A stretch of 32,000 nt of DNA from Aliivibrio fischeri ES114 (GCF_000011805.1 NC_006841.2); one strand, 5' to 3'. Positions 1 to 9,589 are shown, counted from the stretch's first letter. The notes: generated by a model from the sequence alone, not told the origin. Numbers and translations are program-made.

Positions 1-2264
1 GATGTTAATACATTAATAGAACCACTATTGCATCGCCCTTGACTATCAAATTGCAGCCAAGCTCCCTCTTCTAAACTAATGACTCCGGGCATGATCTGAT
101 CAGATACTTTTGCACCCGCAATAACACGTCCTCGCTCATTGTAGATTTCCACTAACTGCCCTGAACGAATACCGTGTTTTTGTGCATCCATGTCATTAAT
201 CAGTACATACTGACGTCCTTGAACACTTTCATATTTACGAACCTCTGTATTTGCCAGCTGGGAGTGTAATCGCATGTAAGGATGAGGGCTCACAACATGA
301 ACTTGGTTTGGTTTTGCGTTTCCTAAATATTCAAACGGTTCTAAAAATGTTGGCATTGGTGGACAATTTTTCACATCAAAATTTGCAATATCTTGGCAGT
401 AAAGCTCTATTTTTCCTGATGTGGTATGCAAAGGATGCTTATCTGGATCTTGATAAAAATCACCATGTCTTACCCACTGATTTGCCTCTTGAGGTACAGG
501 TAATAAAGCGACTCCATTTTTCCAAAACTCATCAAATGATAAGGTTGCTGATGAGGCGTGATAAGCACGTTTCAAAATATCATCAAACGCTAAACCATCT
601 GTAAATTTCTCTTCAACATTGAATATCTCGGCTAATTTACGAAAGATTTCGAAATCATCAAGACTTTCACCGTAAGGCTTAATGACCTGACGCATAGCAT
701 AAATTTTATCGTTACTGTACGTACCACCAGAAGAAAGATCATTACGCTCTAACGTACTGGTTGCAGGCAATACAATATCGGCATATCGAGAAGAAGCACA
801 CCACCATGGGTCTTGGCAGACAAACGTTTCAACCTTTTCATTAAGTGCATTAATAAGTTCATTCGTATCTTGCTGATGAGAAAGAAGATTATTGCCTGCG
901 TTATACACCATTTTGATATCAGGGTACGTGTATTCAATACCATCTCTAGTAAAGCTTTTTCCTGGATTCATCAGCATTTCAGAAATACGAGATGCAGGAC
1001 AAATCGCACTCACTGGATTTTTACCTTGAGATAAGCCAATAGGAAGTGTTTTCCCTGATTGTGGCATACCACCATTACCATAATGCCAACTAAAGCCAAC
1101 CCCTTCTCCCGGCTTACCAATTTTGCCTAGCATAGCTGCAAAATTAATGATCGCCCAATGGATCATCTCACCATGATCGGCTCTTTGTAATGACCAACCC
1201 GCCGCAAATTGGGTTTTACTGGTTGCGAATCGAATGGCCATTTTTTGAATATCCTCAGCAGGAATACCCGTGATCTTTGCAGCCCATTCTGGTGATTTTA
1301 CGATGCCATCATTTTTTCCCATTAAATGGTCGATGTATTTGTCAGCCCCTACGGTATAACGAGCCAAATAAGCGGTATCATGAAGATCGTTAACATAAAC
1401 ATGCTGTGCCATGGCTAAAAATAAAGCGGTATCTGTATTTGGAACAATTTTCACCCACTCCGCATCCAATTCATCATCGGTACGGGTCTGTTGTGGGTTA
1501 ATTGAAATAAACTGAATGCCATTTTCAGCAAACTGCTTCCAATGAGAATACATTTGATGATCCGCAACACGAAATTCAATGCGGTTGTTTTTCCAAGGAT
1601 CACAGCCTATCAGAACAAAGATTTCTGTGTTCTCTTGAATTACAGGCCATGCGGTTTGTGGTGAGTATACTTCCATATCACCAATAACATGAGGAAGAAT
1701 AACTTGTGAGGCACCACCAGAATAATCACCCGTCGTCGTACTCTGTCCACCAATTAGATTGAAAAAACGCCCTTGTAATACTTGAGGACGCATTAAACCA
1801 GCATGCGACCATCCACCATAAGAACTACTGAAAATAGCTTCATTCCCATGTTCTGTTGCAGTAGTTTGAATTGCATCAGCAACCAAAGATAAAGCGGTAT
1901 CCCAGCTAACTCGCACAAAAGGTTCTTTACCACGCAAGTGCGGTTTCGTATCCCCTTTTGGATCGGCTAAATAGGAAGCCCTTACCATCGGGTATTTAAC
2001 GCGAGTTTTATCATAAACTCGACCGATTAAACCTTCTGTCAGCATTTCGGTAGGCATAGCATCGAGCTCTTTACGAGGTTGAATACCAACAAGAACACCC
2101 GCCTTTACAATTGCGTTAAATGGTCCCCAATGGCTAGCATGAGGAATGACTTCTACATCCTCATCATCAAAAAATTTAGAAGCGGGATAAACCATTAAAC
2201 CACCACCCGCAACAATAGCAGTCGCAATGGAGGTTTTTAAAAAAGTACGTCGAGAAAGAGTCAT
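1..2264 (-). CDS. Tat-exported bis-MGD molybdoenzyme, TMAO/DMSO/S-oxide reductase family (TorA/TorZ/DorA-like); partial, C-terminal ~10% lies beyond the window start
   Basis: It is not in the ORF track because the frame never closes inside the window. My translation from ATG 2264..2262 gives MTLSRRTFLKTSIATAIVAGGG (SRRxFLK twin-arginine signal), then GDYSGGASQVILPHVIG (Mo-ligand Ser region), SPHPYMRLHSQL, and EGAWLQFDSQGRCNSGSINVLT at the edge. 2264 nt is 754 codons plus 2 nt. No stop-bounded minus-strand ORF is listed in this span, consistent with a single open frame. No N-terminal Cys cluster, so it is TorA/TorZ-like rather than DmsA-like. Confidence 0.8.
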   Translation of the reverse strand, partial: MTLSRRTFLKTSIATAIVAGGGLMVYPASKFFDDEDVEVIPHASHWGPFNAIVKAGVLVGIQPRKELDAMPTEMLTEGLIGRVYDKTRVKYPMVRASYLADPKGDTKPHLRGKEPFVRVSWDTALSLVADAIQTTATEHGNEAIFSSSYGGWSHAGLMRPQVLQGRFFNLIGGQSTTTGDYSGGASQVILPHVIGDMEVYSPQTAWPVIQENTEIFVLIGCDPWKNNRIEFRVADHQMYSHWKQFAENGIQFISINPQQTRTDDELDAEWVKIVPNTDTALFLAMAQHVYVNDLHDTAYLARYTVGADKYIDHLMGKNDGIVKSPEWAAKITGIPAEDIQKMAIRFATSKTQFAAGWSLQRADHGEMIHWAIINFAAMLGKIGKPGEGVGFSWHYGNGGMPQSGKTLPIGLSQGKNPVSAICPASRISEMLMNPGKSFTRDGIEYTYPDIKMVYNAGNNLLSHQQDTNELINALNEKVETFVCQDPWWCASSRYADIVLPATSTLERNDLSSGGTYSNDKIYAMRQVIKPYGESLDDFEIFRKLAEIFNVEEKFTDGLAFDDILKRAYHASSATLSFDEFWKNGVALLPVPQEANQWVRHGDFYQDPDKHPLHTTSGKIELYCQDIANFDVKNCPPMPTFLEPFEYLGNAKPNQVHVVSPHPYMRLHSQLANTEVRKYESVQGRQYVLINDMDAQKHGIRSGQLVEIYNERGRVIAGAKVSDQIMPGVISLEEGAWLQFDSQGRCNSGSINVLT

Positions 2265-2475
2265 AATGCATTCCGTATTTTTAGTCTATTTATCACTTAT
2301 CAATAGTGAATAAATCCTTAACAGATGCATTCTAAACCTATAAAGATTCATTTTATATGCACATTATAAATAAATAAGAACATACGTAACTTAAAACAGA
2401 ATCATTCTTACACGTTATCTACCATTTCTTCTATTTTGAAAGATTTTAGCTTCTCTTTTCATGAAATATTGAATT

Positions 2476-3993
2476 TTAAAAGAATGATTCCATTTTGGAT
2501 GAGTAGCAAGTTATCCCTTTTCTTAATAAATTATTCTTTGGTCTGTTTGCCCGTCCGGTTATTTTCTCTATTGTTTGCTCCCATCGAGATGGTGCAAGTA
2601 AGCGTCTACTAAGCGGAGATTGATCTTGAGTATATTCATTTTTAAATATAGCTATCACTTCTTGAGTTTCATATACACCCAGTATTTTCATATTAATAGC
2701 AGAAATATCTAACTCAAAATTGCCTTGCTCAATTGCTAGTGGGGCTTCTTCAGCTTGCCAAAGGTTAATTTTTTCTCCGCAAAACAAAGCGATATTCAAT
2801 GCTCTTAATGACCATAAACTACTAGCAGGGCCACTGTAATTATCAACCAAACGAACATCTTCATCAAACAACCCTTGTGTGGGTAATCCTGCTTTTAACG
2901 CTCCGTTACTAATAAAGTATTTCAAGTTACAATGAAAAGCTCTTTTCGCTTCACCAATCGTTATTTTGTCGCTTTGTAGATCCACAGCCGCTAATAATGG
3001 AGCAGCAGCAGCTAAGCGATAGCAAGCACTACGCCCAAAAAAAGGGAACCCTTCTTTACCAAAGAAATAACGATAATTACCAACAAAATCAGATAATGCG
3101 TTGTTTATAAAAGTAGAATCAAAATCAACATCTATTTGAGTAAACCAATACAAACTGTAATGAAAAGCCCACGCATTATAGTAGTCGTAATTTCCTTTTG
3201 CTCCATCACGAAACCACCCATCACCGACATAAAACTCTTTTACTCTTTCGTATTTGTCGTATTGGACTTCATCTTCACCAGTTAACGCTTTCAATACGAT
3301 TTGCACGGTAAGTACAAACAAGTGCCAATTATTATCAACGGTTTCACACTGATTAACCTGTTTAAACCAAGTTATGATTTGACACTTTTCATCGATTGAA
3401 AAACAGTCCCAAACCCACTCTTTGCTCATCCATAGTGCCAGAGCTAAATCTGCACCTTCACATACTCTTTGATCACAATGGTGCAGCGTTCCCCAGTAAC
3501 CTTTATGTTGTGGGTTGGTTCCAGCTAAAAAGGCTTTACGTAAAATCTCAGGTACTAAAATGGGTTGTTGGTTCAATCCGGTAATAATCGTATTAGATCT
3601 CCCGTTAGCGTGTAACCATGCAGCTAATGTTGGTAACGTTCGACTCGTTCCTTCCAATGCATCAGTTCTGGCTGTTTGTTGACTTGGTCTTCCCGGATAA
3701 TAAGCATGGCTATGATCCCATACTGAATAATGTATAAAAGCTTCTGCAATATAGCTAACAATAGATTCACAGTGATATTTTAAATTGACTCTTTCATCCA
3801 TAAATACGTTTTTTATATACTCATCATGTTGAGTATAGAGTGACTTTTTATTTGCAAATCTGATGATATTTTCTTTCATCGATTTTAAATAGGTCAGCGC
3901 ATTTGGATGCTCATAAGCAATCGTAGGGCGCTTCGTTTCTCTTATTTCCTTGGGCTGATACCGCAACGTTTGTGGTTCAATTTCTACCTTCAT
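2476..3993 (-). CDS. Cytoplasmic uncharacterised protein, DUF2264-like (possible alpha/alpha-barrel carbohydrate-active fold)
   Basis: Track ORF 2476..4026. I prefer ATG 3993 (MKVEIEPQT...) because AAGGA lies 9 nt upstream. No signal peptide. The protein is aromatic-rich, with GYWG, DQRVCEGADLALALW, DGWFRDG and YYNAWAFHYSLYW segments that I associate from memory with Pfam DUF2264. The family call needs an HMM search. Confidence 0.5.
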   Translation of the reverse strand: MKVEIEPQTLRYQPKEIRETKRPTIAYEHPNALTYLKSMKENIIRFANKKSLYTQHDEYIKNVFMDERVNLKYHCESIVSYIAEAFIHYSVWDHSHAYYPGRPSQQTARTDALEGTSRTLPTLAAWLHANGRSNTIITGLNQQPILVPEILRKAFLAGTNPQHKGYWGTLHHCDQRVCEGADLALALWMSKEWVWDCFSIDEKCQIITWFKQVNQCETVDNNWHLFVLTVQIVLKALTGEDEVQYDKYERVKEFYVGDGWFRDGAKGNYDYYNAWAFHYSLYWFTQIDVDFDSTFINNALSDFVGNYRYFFGKEGFPFFGRSACYRLAAAAPLLAAVDLQSDKITIGEAKRAFHCNLKYFISNGALKAGLPTQGLFDEDVRLVDNYSGPASSLWSLRALNIALFCGEKINLWQAEEAPLAIEQGNFELDISAINMKILGVYETQEVIAIFKNEYTQDQSPLSRRLLAPSRWEQTIEKITGRANRPKNNLLRKGITCYSSKMESFF

Positions 3994-4010
3994 TATTGAT
4001 TGTCCTTTCA

Positions 4011-4049
4011 AAACGAAAAAAGCCACAAAACGCGGTGGTCATGTGGCTT
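4011..4049 (-). terminator. Rho-independent-type hairpin between the sulfatase and the DUF2264-like gene
   Basis: On the minus strand the stem is AAGCCACA (rc of 4042..4049) / TGTGGCTT (rc of 4020..4027) with a 14-nt loop, followed by TTTTCGTTT. It sits 15 nt after the sulfatase stop at 4064. Confidence 0.5.
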
Positions 4050-4063
4050 AAAAAAACGTTAAC

Positions 4064-5677
4064 TTAGTCTTTTGCTGATTCAGTTAAGATTTGATAACGA
4101 TCTTGGCCCCAAGCAACTGGTTTTGGTTTATCTTTAATCCAGTTATAGAAAGCATTTTTCATCTCTTTCACTTTTTCAGGGTATTTTTTAGCTAAATCAA
4201 TCGACTCTGAAGGATCTTCTTTATCATTAAATAGCTTCACCTTATTTGAACCATCATCATAGAAATACAACGCCCAATCTTGATCACGAATCGCCCATGA
4301 GCCTTTAGACAGTTTTTCTAAATTTGGGTTATTCGGAATTGTATTGGTTTCATAGGTGATCCACTTCCAATAGCCATACCAGAACGCATCATTTTCTTCA
4401 CTGTAATGTTTCGCTCCAGGGCCTGCCCAGTATAAGTATTGGTGAGGTGATGTTTCTGTCTTCCCTTCTAAAACAGGCATAATGTTTTTACCATCCACCT
4501 GCATATCTTCTGGAATATCAATGCCTGCCGCAGCTAGAGCCGTTGGTAAAATATCCAATGCTGAGATCAGTGAATCGCTTTCACCACCAGCTGGAATGTG
4601 TTTTGGCCAGTAAGCGACAAATGGGACTCTGACACCACCGTTATACATTTGCCCTTTAAAGCCTTTATCCATTCCATTCATTGGCATTGGCGACTCATGA
4701 ACGGCTCCGTTATCAGATAAGAAGAATATGATGGTATTATCTAACTCTCCTTTCTTCTCTAAGTTATCCATAATAATACCAAGACTTTCATCTGCCGCAT
4801 TAATCGCCGCAAAATACTTGTCCGCCTCAACATTACCAGTATTAAATCTATCCATGTATTTTGCAGGAGATGCTTCTTCTAATGGAATATGAGGTACGCT
4901 AAATGCGAGGTTAACAAAGAAAGGTTTGTCACCACTTTCATCAATAAACTTCAGTGCTTGCTCGGTTAAATTATGCGTTAAATAACCCGGAGCAGAGATA
5001 TTTTTACCATTTTGCCAAATAGCTGGTGAATCCCATAAAGCGGCACCCGATGCGTAAAAACTGTATGAATAATCGAAACCACGCTCTTCTGGGCCATAGC
5101 CTTTTGGCGTTACTGTGATTTGGTTGTCATGATAATCGCGTGTACGCTTATCTTCATCAACCAAGTTTTTGCCTTTAATCTTGGCATTATGCCATTTACC
5201 GATTGTCGCTGTTCGATAACCATTTTCTTGGAAAAGTGCTGGCAATAATTTGATATCTAAAGGGATACCCAATTTTGCATCATCATTACTGTATGTACCA
5301 AAACTAGTTGGATGACGACCAGTAAAAATCCCTGCACGAGATGGGCCACAAACAGGGTGTGCCACAAATGCGTTAGTCATTTTAACGCCATTTGCGGCCA
5401 GTTTTTCAACATTTGGCATTGCCCGCTGAGCAGCGTCGATCATTTTATCTAAATCCCCCTGATAACGAACAGGGACAGAACGCTTAGCTAATTCAGACTT
5501 ATCCAAACTGTCTAGGGCAAAATTAAGTTGGCCCGTGCCTAAATCATCCATAACGACAAGTAATACGTTAGGTTGATCAGGATTGTGATTTGCAGCATAA
5601 GAAAGCGAAGGTGCAGCTACACAGGCAGCAGCAACTAGGCTTGCAATTACTGTCTTCTTCGATGAGGACAGGTTCAT
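4064..5677 (-). CDS. Exported (Sec signal) Cys-type sulfatase, S1 formylglycine-dependent family
   Basis: 537 aa. Signal peptide MNLSSSKKTVIASLVAAACVAAPSLSYA. PNVLLVVMDDLG metal-site segment. CxPxR formylglycine motif in HPVCGPSRAGIFTGRHP. GKWH and FFLSDNG segments typical of sulfatases. Confidence 0.9.
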   Translation of the reverse strand: MNLSSSKKTVIASLVAAACVAAPSLSYAANHNPDQPNVLLVVMDDLGTGQLNFALDSLDKSELAKRSVPVRYQGDLDKMIDAAQRAMPNVEKLAANGVKMTNAFVAHPVCGPSRAGIFTGRHPTSFGTYSNDDAKLGIPLDIKLLPALFQENGYRTATIGKWHNAKIKGKNLVDEDKRTRDYHDNQITVTPKGYGPEERGFDYSYSFYASGAALWDSPAIWQNGKNISAPGYLTHNLTEQALKFIDESGDKPFFVNLAFSVPHIPLEEASPAKYMDRFNTGNVEADKYFAAINAADESLGIIMDNLEKKGELDNTIIFFLSDNGAVHESPMPMNGMDKGFKGQMYNGGVRVPFVAYWPKHIPAGGESDSLISALDILPTALAAAGIDIPEDMQVDGKNIMPVLEGKTETSPHQYLYWAGPGAKHYSEENDAFWYGYWKWITYETNTIPNNPNLEKLSKGSWAIRDQDWALYFYDDGSNKVKLFNDKEDPSESIDLAKKYPEKVKEMKNAFYNWIKDKPKPVAWGQDRYQILTESAKD

Positions 5678-5717
5678 TGTTTACTCCTTGTTATTATTTT
5701 CAATTTATCGTGTTGCG

Positions 5718-6950
5718 TTAAATACGTAGGGTATTTTTAATCAGAGGTACGGCATCAATCGCGGTTCCTCCTTGTTGAATGGCTTGAGACATTAAATGCA
5801 TGGCAGATGCGGTTTGCGTAAAAATTTGCTGATAGGATTTACAAAGATAATTGTGCTTATGCTTTTCTCCATCAAGAGAAACGAGGCGATGTTTAGGGCA
5901 ACCACCATAACACAAACGATACACATCACATGCTTCACATTGGCCAGTTAACTTAAGGGATTTCGCTGAGCCAAAACGCTTCTGTTGTTTACTTGTAGCC
6001 ATTTGAGCTAATGACGTTTGTTCAATATTTCCTAATTTATTTGCCGGATAAACATAATGATCACAAGAATAAACATCACCATTTGCTTCTATTACCATGG
6101 CTTGCCCACACTCTTTTGATTGCACACAAGTAGAAGCTGGGTATCCCATCCAACTGCCTAAAATACTATCGAAAATACGAACAAAAACCTGGCCGACATC
6201 CTCTTTAACCCACTGATTAAACACAGCTATCATAAACTGCCCATAACCATCAGCAGGCACACTAAAATGGGTTAACTCTGCATCTTGTGAAGGAGAATAA
6301 TGTCCATTTGTTGATTGCTGACAATTCGCATTAACTTCAACAATTGGAATAAATTGCATATGAGTTGAACCTAACTCTTTTAATGCTTGATACGTTTCTT
6401 TACCACGTTGCCAATTTTGATCGTTGATCACCGTTAATGTATTAAACTCAACCTTGTACTCTTTCAATAATTCAAGTGATCGCTTAACTCTTTCAAACGT
6501 TGGTTTACCATTAACTGAAATACGATATTTATCATGAACCTCAGCAATGCCATCAATAGAAACACCAAGCAGAAAATTGTGTTGAGAAAAGAACTCTGCC
6601 CATTGACGATTAATGGCTACGGCATTAGTTTGAAAGCTATTGGTGACAATTTTACCTTCAGCATACTGCTGCTGATATTTCACTGCATTTCGATAAAAAT
6701 CTAAGCCAGCTAATGTTGGCTCCCCACCCTGCCAAGAGAAATCAACCTCTTGCCCTTGATGTGAGCGGATATAATCACGCACATAACACTTTAACATTCC
6801 ATTAGACATATTTTCACTTGGCTCAGATGTCGTCTTATTCACCACACCATCTTTTTCTAAGTAGAAACAGTAATCGCATTTTAAGTTGCAATGAAAACTG
6901 GTTGATTTTGCCATCATATGAAAAGCAGCATATTGTGCATTAGAAGCCAT
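5718..6950 (-). CDS. Anaerobic sulfatase-maturating enzyme (radical SAM/SPASM, AslB/ChuR-like)
   Basis: Track ORF 5718..6995. I prefer ATG 6950 (MASNAQYAAFHMMAK...), which has AGGA 6 nt upstream. CNLKCDYC radical-SAM CX3CX2C motif. C-terminal Cys clusters CVQSKECGQ...YSCDHY and CEACDVYRLCYGGCPKHR (SPASM). It lies 40 nt upstream of the sulfatase and is probably co-transcribed with it. Confidence 0.9.
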   Translation of the reverse strand: MASNAQYAAFHMMAKSTSFHCNLKCDYCFYLEKDGVVNKTTSEPSENMSNGMLKCYVRDYIRSHQGQEVDFSWQGGEPTLAGLDFYRNAVKYQQQYAEGKIVTNSFQTNAVAINRQWAEFFSQHNFLLGVSIDGIAEVHDKYRISVNGKPTFERVKRSLELLKEYKVEFNTLTVINDQNWQRGKETYQALKELGSTHMQFIPIVEVNANCQQSTNGHYSPSQDAELTHFSVPADGYGQFMIAVFNQWVKEDVGQVFVRIFDSILGSWMGYPASTCVQSKECGQAMVIEANGDVYSCDHYVYPANKLGNIEQTSLAQMATSKQQKRFGSAKSLKLTGQCEACDVYRLCYGGCPKHRLVSLDGEKHKHNYLCKSYQQIFTQTASAMHLMSQAIQQGGTAIDAVPLIKNTLRI

Positions 6951-6960
6951 AACGATTCCT

Positions 6961-7125
6961 ATCGAAAGTATTTGAAAGCAAGAGCAACAATACACGAAAG
7001 TAAATTAAGATTTAAAGATCGATATCACAAACAAACGAAAGAAAACAAAAATAAATAATTTGCGATATTGATCGATAAATAACCAATTCATTTTCGTTAA
7101 TCTACGAACGTAAAATATCGAAAGT
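6961..7125. promoter_or_regulatory. Divergent promoter region (maturase/sulfatase vs lyase) with repeated CGAAAG (=CTTTCG) motifs; candidate AgaR/DeoR-type operators
   Basis: CGAAAG occurs at 6963..6968, 6995..7000, 7036..7041 and 7119..7124, and TGAAAG at 6973..6978. The 9-mer ATCGAAAGT (rc ACTTTCGAT) occurs at 6961..6969 and 7117..7125. CAAACGAAAG (rc CTTTCGTTTG) is at 7032..7041. The same 9-mer and 10-mer recur in the agaR/sulfatase intergenic region. Confidence 0.4.
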
Positions 7126-7170
7126 GATTTTGCATCTTACAAATTCATTAATATTTAAAGGGAATCAATT

Positions 7171-9579
7171 ATGTATATGATCAAAAAACATCGTTTGAAT
7201 ACGATTGCTCTCTCTATGTTATTTCTATTTACGGGAAACGCTTACGCTGCAAAAAATACCCAAACACCACAATATTTACCGAGTGATTTTGAGCAAGTAA
7301 GAGAAAACTGGGCTGAAAATTATTTAGGTGATCCTGCTATAACGTTTGATCAAACGCTAAAAAATATGGTGACCAGCACCAATAGTTCGGCGCAAAAACA
7401 TTGGGATAGCATGACACCACAACCAAACGCTTCTGGAATTTGGGATGATTTACCATTAATAGATAAAGATACAACACTCGGTCCTAATATACGTAACTCC
7501 TATCAACGTTTATTTACCATGGCAAAGGCTTATCGTTTACGTGATGGCAATTTAGAAAATAATCAATTAATGCTAAATGACATCATGACGGCCATGAACT
7601 ACATAAATCAAAATTTCTACTTTGTTAATCAATTAGAATATGGAAATTGGTGGCAATGGGAGTTGGCAATACCAAAAGATATTCATAACATTTTAGTGCT
7701 ACTTTTTGATGATATTAAAGACAATTACCAAACCATTATAACCAATCACCTTAATGCTACTCGCTATTTCACACCAGACCCAACTCACTTAGGAGTCAGC
7801 CCTGGTGCTGCTGAATCAACGAATCCTAACTATCGAGAATCCACTGGCGGCAATCGAACCGATAATGCTCAAGTTGTACTTATTCGTGGCATGCTTGAAA
7901 ACAATAGTGAAGAAATCAGCCAAGCTATTGCTGCTCTTCCTGCGGTTATTGAATATGTGAGCGAAGGGGATGGCTATTACACTGATGGGTCATTCTTACA
8001 ACACTCTGATATTGCCTATAACGGTACATATGGCAATGTATTACTTGGTGGTTTAGGCATTCAAATGAACGCAGTCGCAGGCTCACCGTGGAGTATGGAT
8101 AACCAAACCATTAGCAACGTTTACAATATCATTAACCAATCGTATGAACCTTTGCTGTATAAAGGAGCAATGATGGATATGGTCAATGGTCGCTCGATTT
8201 CTCGAAGCGCTGAACAAAATCATGATGTTGGATTAAATATTGTCAACTCTATGTTGTTCTATACCAATGGACCAGATAGCGATAAAAATAAACAACTGTC
8301 ATCACTGATCAAAACCCAAATAACCGATGATACTTATCAAAACTTCTTTGATAAAATTTACTATGTATCCACGTATCAGGCTGCTCAGCATATTGTTAAT
8401 GATCCAACGGTTTCGCTTAAAGATCCTCTGATTGGTAACTTTAGCTACCCTTCAATGGACCGTATTGTGCACCGTCGAACTGATTGGGCTTTCGCTTTAG
8501 CGATGCACTCATATCGTATTGGTAACTACGAATGCATGAATGGTGAAAACCTTAAAGGCTGGTTTACTGGCGATGGCATGATCTATTTATATAACGATCA
8601 GCTTGATCATTACACAGGATATTGGCCAACCGTTAATGCATCTCGTATGCCGGGAACAACCGTAGATAGCCAAATCATGGCTGATTGTAGTGGTGAACGT
8701 GTAGGTGGAAATGTAAATACCAATATGCAATGGGTTGGTAGTACTTCATTAAACAACTATGGAATTGCTGGTATGCAATTTTATAATTGGAGTGACACAC
8801 TAAGTGCCTATAAATCTTGGTTTATGTTTGATAATGAAGTTGTCATGCTTGGTTCTAACATTAAAGACCAAAGCAATGCAAATAACATAACTACGATTGA
8901 GAACAGAAAGCGTTTAGCAGAGACGAAATTATTTATTGATGGTACAGAGCAAGCTGCATTGCCATATCAAGGTGCACCAGCTACTTTTAGCATTCGTAAT
9001 AAAACACTCGCTAACAGTGATTTAAGCTACGTTATGTTAACACCTAAAACCATATCAATAAGCCAAAATGATGTAGATGGTAATTGGAGTGATATTGGCA
9101 ATAGCAAAGGTGATGTTTCAGACTCGTACTTACAAGCGACATTAACTCAAGTAGATCAGGCAGATTATCAATATGCCCTACTTCCTAATCAAAACAATGA
9201 TACTGTACAAAACTACGCTCAACATCCTGATGTTACTGTTCTACGTCAAGATGAACAAGCACACGCGGTACAAGAAAACACCTTAAATATCATTGCTGCA
9301 AATAATTGGAAAAATAATCCCGTTAATATCACAGACACTATTACACTGAACTCAATGATGGGCTTTATGATTAAAGAAGAAAGTTCAAATACGTTCACTG
9401 TTGCAGTTAGTGAACCAATTCAGACTATTGATAGCGTAAACTTTACCTTTGATAAACAAGGTATTGTAATTAAAGAAGATATTGAAAATCGTGTGGTACT
9501 AAATGGCACAACACTTACCATTAATACCTCTGGTTTACAGGGACAATCTTATTCTTTCCAAGTAACAATTCAAGACTAA
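7171..9579 (+). CDS. Exported polysaccharide lyase family 8 (chondroitin AC / hyaluronate lyase-like)
   Basis: 802 aa. GGGA lies 7 nt before ATG 7171. Sec signal ...LFLFTGNAYA|AKN. PL8-type catalytic region GGNRTDNAQVVLIRG ... DGSFLQHSDIAYNGTYGNVLLGG (Asn/His/Tyr pattern as in streptococcal hyaluronate lyase and chondroitin AC lyases, recalled from memory). The C-terminal region is beta-rich. Confidence 0.8.
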   Translation: MYMIKKHRLNTIALSMLFLFTGNAYAAKNTQTPQYLPSDFEQVRENWAENYLGDPAITFDQTLKNMVTSTNSSAQKHWDSMTPQPNASGIWDDLPLIDKDTTLGPNIRNSYQRLFTMAKAYRLRDGNLENNQLMLNDIMTAMNYINQNFYFVNQLEYGNWWQWELAIPKDIHNILVLLFDDIKDNYQTIITNHLNATRYFTPDPTHLGVSPGAAESTNPNYRESTGGNRTDNAQVVLIRGMLENNSEEISQAIAALPAVIEYVSEGDGYYTDGSFLQHSDIAYNGTYGNVLLGGLGIQMNAVAGSPWSMDNQTISNVYNIINQSYEPLLYKGAMMDMVNGRSISRSAEQNHDVGLNIVNSMLFYTNGPDSDKNKQLSSLIKTQITDDTYQNFFDKIYYVSTYQAAQHIVNDPTVSLKDPLIGNFSYPSMDRIVHRRTDWAFALAMHSYRIGNYECMNGENLKGWFTGDGMIYLYNDQLDHYTGYWPTVNASRMPGTTVDSQIMADCSGERVGGNVNTNMQWVGSTSLNNYGIAGMQFYNWSDTLSAYKSWFMFDNEVVMLGSNIKDQSNANNITTIENRKRLAETKLFIDGTEQAALPYQGAPATFSIRNKTLANSDLSYVMLTPKTISISQNDVDGNWSDIGNSKGDVSDSYLQATLTQVDQADYQYALLPNQNNDTVQNYAQHPDVTVLRQDEQAHAVQENTLNIIAANNWKNNPVNITDTITLNSMMGFMIKEESSNTFTVAVSEPIQTIDSVNFTFDKQGIVIKEDIENRVVLNGTTLTINTSGLQGQSYSFQVTIQD

Positions 9580-9589
9580 ACTACCATTA

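Noticed and set aside
251-1034. Track ORFs 251..604 (+), 749..943 (-) and 813..1034 (+), which appear to be the only coding candidates in the first 2.2 kb.
   Set aside because: They lie inside or antisense to a continuous minus-strand frame (1..2264). That frame translates into a recognisable Tat-signal molybdoenzyme from start to window edge. The short ORFs have no family features and no convincing ribosome-binding sites.
2265-2475. TorR-type tor boxes (CTGTTCATAT) or an FNR site upstream of the TorA-like gene.
   Set aside because: Only isolated CTGTT pentamers (rc of 2320..2324 and 2395..2399) and one 8/10 match (ATGTTCTTAT, rc of about 2376..2385) are present. They lack the regular ~10-bp phased repeat organisation of tor boxes. 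No TTGAT-N4-ATCAA element was found.
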